A program made the translations under genes and the position numbers. A DNA stretch of 64,000 nt from Gammaproteobacteria bacterium (lineage in GTDB: Bacteria; Pseudomonadota; Gammaproteobacteria; Eutrophobiales; Eutrophobiaceae). Of this stretch, positions 51,843 through 59,901 are shown piece by piece. The DNA is taken from the NCBI GenBank assembly GCA_965221695.1, contig OZ244905.1, forward strand, positions 3,136,001 through 3,200,000, read 5' to 3'. Every line of letters begins with the position of its first letter. Positions within the stretch are counted from its first letter, which is position 1. The notes under the pieces are model-generated. The model had not been told where the DNA came from and did no database searches. It saw only the letters and a list, made by a program, of their open reading frames with translations.

Positions 51843-52730
51843 TCATTTCAGGTCAAGGTCATGCAGGTTGATCCTGTATTGTCCGAGATTGCCGCCGTAA
51901 TTTCCCGCGGAGACCTGCCTGATGCCGGGTTTTGCCGCGGCCCGTATCCCTGCGGCCATGGCCAGTCTGACTGCATTCTCGGTGAGGCCGTCGATCACGA
52001 TTTCCAGCGCGCAATTGACATCCGCCGGCAGGCTGCTGCCGGTCACGGCCTTCAACGTCGGACAGTAGGCGTCGTTGGTGGATGCGGGCAGGGTCTTGTA
52101 GCGTGATCCCACCTTGCTGCCGCTGCGCACGACGCCATTGGGAAACGGCAGGATGATATCGCTGATGGTCCCCATCGCCCGGGTTGCGGCGCCGGCCGCG
52201 GCCAGGGTTTTCTTCTCGTTCGTGCCCAGTATGATGATATTGCCGCCGCCCACCGATTTCTGCACGGCGAACGATTCTTCCACGGTGAATTCACCGTCCA
52301 TGACCGGGATGCGCCAGAAACGCCGCTCCCCCAGCTTCTTGCTGCCCTGGAAGCCGTCGCCGAAATAACGCAGTTGGGAACCGACCTGGACCGTTTCGCC
52401 GGCATCAAGGCCATTGAAACAGGCCGTTGTCGGGCAGGTCATCACGCATTGGCCGATGCGCTCCACCAGGCGTTTCCCTACCGATGCCTTGTCCATCGCG
52501 AATAACAGGATGCTGGCGCCGGGACGGCGGTCCGGCGTCTCATCCGCGGACAGAAATCGTTCAATGCCGGCCTCGCACTTGCAGCCGATCACCGATGTCG
52601 CAAAGCCGGTCATCGATCGCGCCGCAGCCTCGCTCCATTGCCGGGTGGCTGCGGTGACGATCACCCGCGCCCCCCACATGCTGAATGCCTCGGCAAAGGT
52701 ATCGACGATTTCCGTGGATTTTATCTTCAT
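51843..52730 (-). CDS. ftr: Formylmethanofuran:H4MPT formyltransferase (Fwd-associated copy)
   Basis: DTFAEAF, TGFATSVIGC.CEAG, RIGQCVMTCPT, RSGSKVGS, GNYGG.LG. Confidence 0.92.
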   Translation of the reverse strand: MKIKSTEIVDTFAEAFSMWGARVIVTAATRQWSEAAARSMTGFATSVIGCKCEAGIERFLSADETPDRRPGASILLFAMDKASVGKRLVERIGQCVMTCPTTACFNGLDAGETVQVGSQLRYFGDGFQGSKKLGERRFWRIPVMDGEFTVEESFAVQKSVGGGNIIILGTNEKKTLAAAGAATRAMGTISDIILPFPNGVVRSGSKVGSRYKTLPASTNDAYCPTLKAVTGSSLPADVNCALEIVIDGLTENAVRLAMAAGIRAAAKPGIRQVSAGNYGGNLGQYRINLHDLDLK

Positions 52731-54364
52731 ACCGTGGCGACCACTTCGTGATCATGCAGGTAGCTGTCATCGACTGCATAATTGGGGAACTCAATGGAGT
52801 AATAGTTCTCGAAGAACGGTCTTACCGTGGTGATGATGGATTCATCATAGCCAGGTTCGGTGTGCAGGAACTTCCCGTAAAAATCCCGGCAAAATTCATG
52901 GTTATCGATGATCTGGACGCCGGATTTGATCACGTAGCGGGGCGCGTTGAACATCGCTTCCTTGTCGGCCATCTCATCATAGATAGTGATGTCCGCATCG
53001 GCGCCCGGACCCAGGTGGCCCTTGTTGGTCAGGTTCAGGGCGCGCGCCGGACCGGCGCGGGTGATAATCGCTATCTCATTGAGCGTGTATTCACGGTCCA
53101 GCTCATTCAGTATCGTGCCGTTAATGGCCTTCTGGTTCACGCGCTTGATCTCTTCCTTGCGAAATTCCCTGTCCATCAGCAAGCGGATCAGCTTCGGGTA
53201 GCTCAGGAAGGAACCGCCGTTCGGGTGATCCGTGGACAGGACGATGCGCCAGGGGTCTTTTGACAGCAGGAACAGCTCCAGGCCGATGGCCCATTGCAGC
53301 GCATGGACGTAAATATGTTCCTGGTAGCTGAAGGGCATGATGCCGCAGCCGCTTTCACACTCCGTATCGGCGTTTACCCATTTTCCTTTCTTGAAGCCCC
53401 TGAGCATGTAGGCCAGTGGCGCGTCCGCGGTCATGATCGTCGCCTTGCCGAACATGACCTGGCCGACATCACAGGAGATATTCGGATGGTCATTGATGTA
53501 TTCGGCAATTTCCCTGGATGCCGATTTGGGATTCTTACCGAGTTCGCCCGCGTAGCTGTGAAACTGTATGTGGGCCAGGTGCGCGCGCCGGTCACCGGCG
53601 GTTTTCATCGTCTCCAGGGTTGTCTTGTAGTTGCCGCTGTGTCCCAGGTTGTTGCAGTGTATGTGCGGCGGATGGGGCAGGCCCAGCTCATTGACCGTTT
53701 CGACAAACGCATCGATCACCTGTCGCGGGGACACTTCGATGACATCGCTTTCCTCATCTATGTCCTTGACGTTGGAATTCTTCTTGCCTTTCCAGGGCTC
53801 GTCTCCGCCGGGGTTGACCAGCTTGGTCGTATAAGCCTTGGTTGCGTTGACCCACCAGGCAACGGCATGGCGAAATTCCTCTTTGCGCCCTTCCTTGATT
53901 AGCTGCTGCAGGAAGATATTATTGCCCAGCAGCACGTAAAAACCTTTGTCGATGACCGGTGTATCATGCAGTTCCTCGATGGTATGCCTGGCGCCGATAG
54001 GGGTGACGGCCGCCTCCATCGCGGTGGTGTAACCCAGGGTCGCATAGCGGTACCCGGTGGCAAACGTGGAAGGGACGGTGCCGCCCGCGCCCGAGCGGGT
54101 GTGTTCCGTTCCGGGATGCGGGTCGCGGCGGTGATCTTCGGGTTGCAGCTTCCTGGCCAGGTTTACCTTGGGGCCGGCGATGTGGCAGTGGATGTCCACG
54201 CCGCCGGGCATGACGACCATGCCGCTTACGTCAATTTTTCTGGGTGTGGAGGAGGGTGTTTCCACCATGCGTCCCTGTTCCAGGTAGAGGTCTCTTATTT
54301 CCCCGTCAATACCGTTTGCCGGGTCATACACCTTGCCCCCCGCAAGTAGAATGCAATCCGTCAT
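52727..54364 (-). CDS. fwdA: Formylmethanofuran dehydrogenase subunit A
   Basis: DIHCHIAGPKVN.AR, TGYRYA.LGYTT, KLVNPGG, HIHCNNLG, STDHPNGG. Confidence 0.9.
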   Translation of the reverse strand: MTDCILLAGGKVYDPANGIDGEIRDLYLEQGRMVETPSSTPRKIDVSGMVVMPGGVDIHCHIAGPKVNLARKLQPEDHRRDPHPGTEHTRSGAGGTVPSTFATGYRYATLGYTTAMEAAVTPIGARHTIEELHDTPVIDKGFYVLLGNNIFLQQLIKEGRKEEFRHAVAWWVNATKAYTTKLVNPGGDEPWKGKKNSNVKDIDEESDVIEVSPRQVIDAFVETVNELGLPHPPHIHCNNLGHSGNYKTTLETMKTAGDRRAHLAHIQFHSYAGELGKNPKSASREIAEYINDHPNISCDVGQVMFGKATIMTADAPLAYMLRGFKKGKWVNADTECESGCGIMPFSYQEHIYVHALQWAIGLELFLLSKDPWRIVLSTDHPNGGSFLSYPKLIRLLMDREFRKEEIKRVNQKAINGTILNELDREYTLNEIAIITRAGPARALNLTNKGHLGPGADADITIYDEMADKEAMFNAPRYVIKSGVQIIDNHEFCRDFYGKFLHTEPGYDESIITTVRPFFENYYSIEFPNYAVDDSYLHDHEVVATV

Positions 54365-54403
54365 TATTATCTGCCTTCCATCAACTATTTCAGCCTGCGC
54401 CGG

Positions 54404-55768
54404 TTACTGCATCGGCGCGGCAGCGCGCGCAACGCCACTTGCCCCGCCGGCCTGGCCGCGGGCCAGAACCAACTCGCGCACGCGTTTTCTGATCGCGGTC
54501 AGTATTTCCTCATCGGTGGGAAAAGGTGAATCGAAGGCCTTGCGCAACGTGATCGGCACATCGTCCATCCGGTATACGGTGCCGGCAGTATTGATGCCGT
54601 AGGTGCTGGTCCGGAATGCCACGTGCGCCAGCTTGCTGGTGTGGGTTGCCTTGGTATCCAGGCATATGACCGGGATCTTTGCCAGGTGGTCGATAGCCGC
54701 CTGGGGGAAATTGGATGCAGGGTCCGTGGCGATGATCAGCGCGGCATCAACATCCCGCTTCGACAGCAAGTCCACGGTGGTGAATTCTCCCGGGTTGAAA
54801 CGGGGGAAGCCGCGGCTGAAGTTGACACCGAACGGATAGCCGGTCTGCCAGGACATCACGTTGTCGGCCCCGGTGACGTTGCCGTGGCCACGTACCGGCT
54901 TGGCGACGAAATGGGTGTATTCATTCAGGTCCGTGGCCAGCGCAAGCAGCGCGCCCGAATTGAAATGCCGGCCCCGGGTCATGGTCAGGCCCATGCCGAA
55001 AAACAATACGCCGTAACGGCAGTTTTTCATTCGGTCCACCAGCTCCTCCATGGTTTCCAGGCTGACACCGGTCTGTTCTTCTATATCCGGGTCTATCTTG
55101 CGGTTCTTCACCAGCGCCCGCAACGCCCACAGCACTTCAAAGTCTTTTCCCGGCTTTACCTGGATAAACTGGCTGGCCGCCGGCGCGCTGGGAGTCCTGC
55201 GCACATCCACCAGGACCACGTGGCGATCTTTTTTGCCCCTTGGGGTGAACATCCCCTTGGCGGTGACCGCATAGCGGCCGAAGTGGCGCGGGTGCGACTC
55301 GGCAGGATTGCCGCCCCAGTAAATGACCAGGTCGGCGCGGTTCTTCACTTCACCTAAAGTCATCGTGCTTTCGCCGACTCCCTGGAGCGCGATGCCGGAC
55401 GGACCATGGCAGACCGAAGTCGTGGTGTCGATGTTTCCCCTGATGGTATCGGTAATGGCGACAGCCTGGCGCTGCGCCTCGCAGGTCGTGTCGCTGAGAC
55501 CGTAGGTAATCGGGAACCTGGCATTGACCAGGGTCCTGGCCGCTTCTTCCACTGCCTCTTCCACGGCGACAGGCCGGTTATCTATCATCGCGGCCGGCGC
55601 GTCTTCTTCGATATAGTGTTCGGCAAACCAGGCCCGGCCCAGGACGCAGGCATTTTTTGCCTTGGTAATCCGTTTTTCATCCATATCCACGGTCAGTATC
55701 ATGTCGTCACAGACACAGCCGCAGAATGTGCAAGTGGCATTTTCTACAACTTTTACGTTTTCACTCAT
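54404..55768 (-). CDS. fwdB: Formylmethanofuran dehydrogenase subunit B (Mo/W-bis-PGD catalytic subunit)
   Basis: CTFCGCVCDD...C [4Fe-4S] motif, TTSVCHGPS (Mo/W Cys plus His), TLGEVKNRAD, HPRH, RGHGNV, GT.YRMD.V. Confidence 0.9.
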   Translation of the reverse strand: MSENVKVVENATCTFCGCVCDDMILTVDMDEKRITKAKNACVLGRAWFAEHYIEEDAPAAMIDNRPVAVEEAVEEAARTLVNARFPITYGLSDTTCEAQRQAVAITDTIRGNIDTTTSVCHGPSGIALQGVGESTMTLGEVKNRADLVIYWGGNPAESHPRHFGRYAVTAKGMFTPRGKKDRHVVLVDVRRTPSAPAASQFIQVKPGKDFEVLWALRALVKNRKIDPDIEEQTGVSLETMEELVDRMKNCRYGVLFFGMGLTMTRGRHFNSGALLALATDLNEYTHFVAKPVRGHGNVTGADNVMSWQTGYPFGVNFSRGFPRFNPGEFTTVDLLSKRDVDAALIIATDPASNFPQAAIDHLAKIPVICLDTKATHTSKLAHVAFRTSTYGINTAGTVYRMDDVPITLRKAFDSPFPTDEEILTAIRKRVRELVLARGQAGGASGVARAAAPMQ

Positions 55769-55858
55769 GATTGCTCCTCATGGGGTCAGACCGGCCCGGA
55801 TAGCGCTTTGGCCTACGCAAAATCAAGGTTAAGAAACCTCTGTCGATTATTAAGCATT

Positions 55859-56203
55859 CTAACTGATTTTTTCCACCTGGACAGAAATATGTTTGGACAG
55901 CGGCATGCCACTGCCAGCGGTGTCACTTTCCATCAGGCGGCTGGATGTGGGGCCGTAGGCAATGAAAATCATGCCTTCAGGCAGGTCGCCGGCTTTTTTT
56001 GAGACGCAGGTAACAACAACTTCTCCCACATGGTTTTTCAGCCGCAGTTTATCGCCATTGCTGAAACCGAGGCGAGCCATCTCGTCCGCATTGATTTCAA
56101 CGGTAGAAGTAACCTCCCGGTACTCGTCACCCAGTTTTCCCTTGTTTAGGGAGGTCCCCTGTTTACTGGACCGCCCGGGTATCAATAACATGGTTTCCGG
56201 CAT
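55859..56203 (-). CDS. fwdD: Formylmethanofuran dehydrogenase subunit D (molybdopterin dinucleotide-binding)
   Basis: L..GR...QG.....GK...Y, G.IFI.YGP....L...T.G.GMP..K; directly upstream of fwdB. Confidence 0.85.
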   Translation of the reverse strand: MPETMLLIPGRSSKQGTSLNKGKLGDEYREVTSTVEINADEMARLGFSNGDKLRLKNHVGEVVVTCVSKKAGDLPEGMIFIAYGPTSSRLMESDTAGSGMPLSKHISVQVEKIS

Positions 56204-56346
56204 ATTCAGCTCCGCAAAAGCGCTATGAGAATCGGTAAAGAAGCCTCCGACCAGATCAGAGGCGATGGAAACAACGTGGGATATATGCCGGCGCCATAAT
56301 CCACAACGGTTTCATATCTATAACATTTTTCCCGGGAATCGTCAAA

Positions 56347-56376
56347 TGATTCCCCCGCGCTTGATTCCCCCGCGCT
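56347..56376. repeat. 15-bp perfect tandem duplication
   Basis: tgattcccccgcgct x2 in the fwdD/mptG divergent spacer. Confidence 0.8.
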
Positions 56377-56551
56377 TCTTGGGAAATAAGTAGTTCCCGA
56401 CGCTGTCCATGTGCGTGATGCATGAGGGACACGCACCCCCGAGGAAATAACTGACCGATTTATGGCACTTGCCCCACATAGGTAGTGTCGGGATTCAACC
56501 TTCTGCAATTTTCCTCTGAGGAGATATTCGGGTTAGAATATTTCCGTGCTT

Positions 56552-57544
56552 ATGAGGACGATACGAAATGATCATGCCGCTGCTGAAACGGTGAGGGTTG
56601 CTGCGCCGGCGCGGCTGCACCTGGGTTTCCTGGACCTGAACGGCGGCGACGAACGGCGTTTTGGCAGTATCGGTGTCGGTATTACCGGTTTTTCCACCGT
56701 GATCAGCGTCAGCCATAGCGAGCGGTTGGATATCAACGGCGCGCAGGATGAATATATCGCTGCCATTGCGCAAACCGTTCTGGATTGCTTTCACATCACG
56801 TCCGGTGTCAGGATACAGGTTGAAGAACACATTCCCAGGCACCAGGGCCTGGGCTCAGGCACACAGATGGCATTGGCGCTGGGCGCCGCGATAACCCGCC
56901 TGTATGGCATTGATGCCGGTGTTGACGACATCGCGCTGGCAACGGGCAGGGGCAGACGCTCCGGGGTCGGACTGGGTGTGTTCAGACACGGTGGTTTCAT
57001 CCTTGACAGCGGCAGGTCTGAAGGCCGTAGTTTACCGACGGTGGTTTTTCGCCATGCCATACCGGAACCATGGCGGTTTGTCCTGGTTATGGATACCCGG
57101 GACCAGGGGGTCAGTGGAACGGATGAAGTCGACGCGTTCAAATCACTGCCGGATATGGACCCCGGAGTTTGTGCGCAGATTTGTCAGCAGGTGTTGATGC
57201 AGATGTTGCCGGCCATCATTGAACAGGATTGCCGCCGCTTCGGCGCGGCCGCCAGCAGTATTCAGGCCAGTATCGGTGACTATTTCAGCAGCGTGCAGGG
57301 CGGGGCGTATGCCAATGAAAATGTCAGACAGGCGCTGGAACTGTTGCTGGAGCGTGATGCGGCCGGCGCTGGCCAGACCTCCTGGGGGCCGACCGGTTTT
57401 GCCGTGTTCCCGGATGAACAATCAGCGCGCCGGGCAGTGAATGATCTCGCGGCGCAGGATAACGGGTTAAGCTTCGTGCTTGCCGCGGCGGAGAATAACC
57501 CGGCACAGGTCCGCAAATCGCGACAAACAAGCGGGCTGACATAA
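56552..57544 (+). CDS. mptG: Beta-ribofuranosylaminobenzene 5'-phosphate synthase
   Basis: PARLHLGFLDL, IPRH.GLGSGTQ (GHMP), GRG.RSG.G, GQTSWGPTGF. Confidence 0.92.
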   Translation: MRTIRNDHAAAETVRVAAPARLHLGFLDLNGGDERRFGSIGVGITGFSTVISVSHSERLDINGAQDEYIAAIAQTVLDCFHITSGVRIQVEEHIPRHQGLGSGTQMALALGAAITRLYGIDAGVDDIALATGRGRRSGVGLGVFRHGGFILDSGRSEGRSLPTVVFRHAIPEPWRFVLVMDTRDQGVSGTDEVDAFKSLPDMDPGVCAQICQQVLMQMLPAIIEQDCRRFGAAASSIQASIGDYFSSVQGGAYANENVRQALELLLERDAAGAGQTSWGPTGFAVFPDEQSARRAVNDLAAQDNGLSFVLAAAENNPAQVRKSRQTSGLT

Positions 57545-57624
57545 CAGCCGGGTATTGCTCTGATTGAAGCGACCTTTCCAGCGCGGCAAGTAATACAATC
57601 GGGCGGATTACGATTTTGTTTACC

Positions 57625-57715
57625 TGGCGGAGAGAGAGGGATTCGAACCCTCGATACGCTATTAACGTATACACACTTTCCAGGCGTGCGCCTTAAGCCA
57701 CTCGGCCATCTCTCC
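57625..57715 (-). tRNA. tRNA-Ser (GGA)
   Basis: GGAGAGATGGCCGAGTGGCTTAAGGCGCACGCCTGGAAAGTGTG...GGTTCGAATCCCTCTCTCTCCGCCA with long variable arm. Confidence 0.96.
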
Positions 57716-57795
57716 TGATACGTTCTTTTTCCCACGCGCCGGCAACCTTCCTGACACCGGCTGCCCGGTTACTGGCGGCACATCTCTGTACCGTT

Positions 57796-57828
57796 GGAAC
57801 CTCTGCGACTTAATCAGAGGCTCCTTAT
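57796..57828. repeat. Family A palindrome
   Basis: ggaacctctgcgacttaatcagaggctcc+tta. Confidence 0.6.
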
Positions 57829-57902
57829 ATTATTTTACCCTGATTCAGCAGAATAATCCCATCTCCTCGAATCCTGCATTAGCTACGCCGAATAAGGCCC
57901 AC

Positions 57903-57980
57903 TTAAGGAAGCTCTGACAAGTCCAAGATGGACTTGTCAGAGCGCGCAAAACAAAAATGCAATTTTTGTTTGCTCACAAA
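57903..57980. repeat. Left half of family A element
   Basis: TTAA-ggaagctctgacaagtcc...ggacttgtcagagc.cgcaaaacaaaaatgc.atttttgttt matches 50321-50400. Confidence 0.7.
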
Positions 57981-58092
57981 TGACTGAAAGCATTTGTTGA
58001 AAAACAGCCTGGCTTCTATACTCTGAACTCATCACAGAGCATGCATAGTGAGAATGTAACATCCCGTTTGTGTTAAACTCGGCTGATTACAA

Positions 58093-58404
58093 TTGAGCGC
58101 CTACGTAAAAATCAATCAATGGGTAAAGCGCGTGCCGGAAGGCAAGGTAGCTACTTACGGTCAAATTGCCAGATTGGCCGGCACATCTGCCAGACAAGTG
58201 GGCTACGCGATGGCCGCGATGCCTGCCGCTACCGAAGTGCCGTGGCACAGGATCATTAACAGCCAGGGGCGCATCAGTTTGCGTGCCGGTGAGGGGCATG
58301 CGCTGCAGCGGATTCTATTGGAGGCCGAAGGTGTTGAATTCTCAATCGATGCCAAAATTGACTTAGCGACCCATCACTGTGACGACGCTGAATTATTGCG
58401 ATGA
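58093..58404 (+). CDS. atl: Alkyltransferase-like (ATL) O6-alkylguanine flippase
   Basis: VP.GKVATYGQIA, ARQVG, PWHR (Trp in place of the catalytic Cys), Q...L..EGV. Confidence 0.85.
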   Translation: MSAYVKINQWVKRVPEGKVATYGQIARLAGTSARQVGYAMAAMPAATEVPWHRIINSQGRISLRAGEGHALQRILLEAEGVEFSIDAKIDLATHHCDDAELLR

Positions 58405-59201
58405 AAAGACGATTATTTCCGTTGTGCTTCCTGGCCCTGTGCAGCCTGGCCGCAGTCGGCCAGACATCAACCGATAACGGAATTTATCTGAGTGTTGGCG
58501 TGGCCCCGATGTTTTCCGAAGACACCTTGTTTGTCGATGGCGGAAGACCTGACTCCGACCTGCCGCAGCTCTATGGCAGAGCGGATATTTATACGGACAG
58601 CCGCATCAATACGGGTATGATGGCGCATGCCGGCGCGGGCTACCGATTCAACTCGCAGTTACGCGCGCAGGTGGAATTCAACATGAGCCATGGCTTAAGT
58701 CTGTATGGCAATACGAATTACCTGCACGCCGGCGAATCCCAGCCAGCAAGCGCGGAGTTGGACCTGCGCCAATTTTTGCTTTCCGGGTTTTATGATTTCC
58801 CGTCTTTACAACACGCTTCCGGTCTGCGCGTGCGACCTTACCTTGGCGCCGGCATAGGCGTCAGCGACTATGACCTCAAAAATTTTGTACAAACATTCCC
58901 GGCCCTGCAGCAGGGCGCTGACGGCGGTATCGCGCTGACTCGTCTTCCCGATGGTGACGGGCAGGAATTTGTCTATATGCTTTCTGCCGGTATAGTGGTC
59001 CCGTTAACGCCGCGCGCAGAACTTGACCTGGGTTATCGCTATACGGATATGGGAGAAATAAAAACCGATGTTGGCGCCATTACTATCGAACGCTACAGAC
59101 AGGATGGTAGCCGCCGCCCGGACTTTTCAGTCAGCATAGACGAGACGTTGGCCGAGTTGAAAACCCACGCAGTACTGGTCTCATTCAGACTCCAATTCTA
59201 A
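58401..59201 (+). CDS. Outer membrane beta-barrel protein (opacity/porin-like)
   Basis: Signal peptide, GAGYRF, PY.GAG.G, LDLGYRY.D.G, C-terminal Phe. Confidence 0.8.
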   Translation: MKRRLFPLCFLALCSLAAVGQTSTDNGIYLSVGVAPMFSEDTLFVDGGRPDSDLPQLYGRADIYTDSRINTGMMAHAGAGYRFNSQLRAQVEFNMSHGLSLYGNTNYLHAGESQPASAELDLRQFLLSGFYDFPSLQHASGLRVRPYLGAGIGVSDYDLKNFVQTFPALQQGADGGIALTRLPDGDGQEFVYMLSAGIVVPLTPRAELDLGYRYTDMGEIKTDVGAITIERYRQDGSRRPDFSVSIDETLAELKTHAVLVSFRLQF

Positions 59202-59228
59202 GGAACCTCTGACTTAATCAGAGGTTCC
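59202..59228. mobile_element. Family A minimal element with CTAA target duplication
   Basis: CTAA|GGAACCTCTGA-cttaa-TCAGAGGTTCC|CTAA; perfect 11-bp inverted repeat. Confidence 0.7.
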
Positions 59229-59232
59229 CTAA

Positions 59233-59619
59233 CCCGAATATCTCACCAATTCGCTTGTTAGCATCAGATAGATGTTTGCTGTCAATGAGTTATGGTAATC
59301 TGTCGAGTATGTTGCCATTACACACTGCGCTTGATGCGCCCTCACTGGTCTTTTTTGCGTTAGCGGGCACATGTTCATTGCACACATCCCTGTGTGCAAC
59401 CCTGCGGGCGGCCTTCGCCGTGCAAATCGGCTGTCCTGCCGATTTGTCCCTCAACCAGAAGAACCACTATGCTTTCGGTCACGAGCGCCCGCGTACTGAC
59501 ACACAAATCCGCCTGGAGCGGATTTGGACATCCGAAGGATGCCCGAAGGGGGTGCCCCACGGATGGGGCGCATCAAAAAATCCTCAGCGATCATCGCATC
59601 AATTGGTGAGATATTCGGG
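59233..59619. mobile_element. Family B MITE (387 bp)
   Basis: Perfect 19-bp TIRs CCCGAATATCTCACCAATT / AATTGGTGAGATATTCGGG flanked by CTAA on both sides; no transposase ORF. Confidence 0.85.
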
Positions 59620-59901
59620 CTAAATGGTCAAGCCAGGAGAAGCCGCCATCAAGCGATGAAACCAATCGCTTTCAAACCAGCTTACTGATATACTGCGGTC
59701 ATGACACCAGTAACTTATAAGACTTTCGCGACCGGAATTGCGCTGGCTGCAGGGCCTTCCGCGTTGTAATCCGACGCAGCCCGCCACTTCCAACCGCCAA
59801 GACCAGGCAGCCTGACAGCGCCCGTTCCACATCAAACCCGGGATAGAATTAACTAGAGGTTTCTTAACGCTATGAATACGAATTTTGCGACTGCGAGGGA
59901 C

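Noticed and set aside
54404-55768. Selenocysteine in FwdB
   Set aside because: The ligand codon is Cys in an uninterrupted frame; no in-frame TGA
44206-56203. Evidence for methanogenesis or archaeal contamination
   Set aside because: No mcr, mtr or mer; the genes are contiguous with gammaproteobacterial housekeeping genes and share the same intergenic repeat families
57625-57715. tRNA-Ser as attachment site of a methylotrophy island
   Set aside because: No duplicated tRNA 3' end or integrase seen in the window, and C1 genes lie on both sides of the tRNA
59255-59623. 122-aa and smaller ORFs inside the family B element as a transposase
   Set aside because: Too short, no DDE or HUH motif, and the sequence is dominated by hairpins
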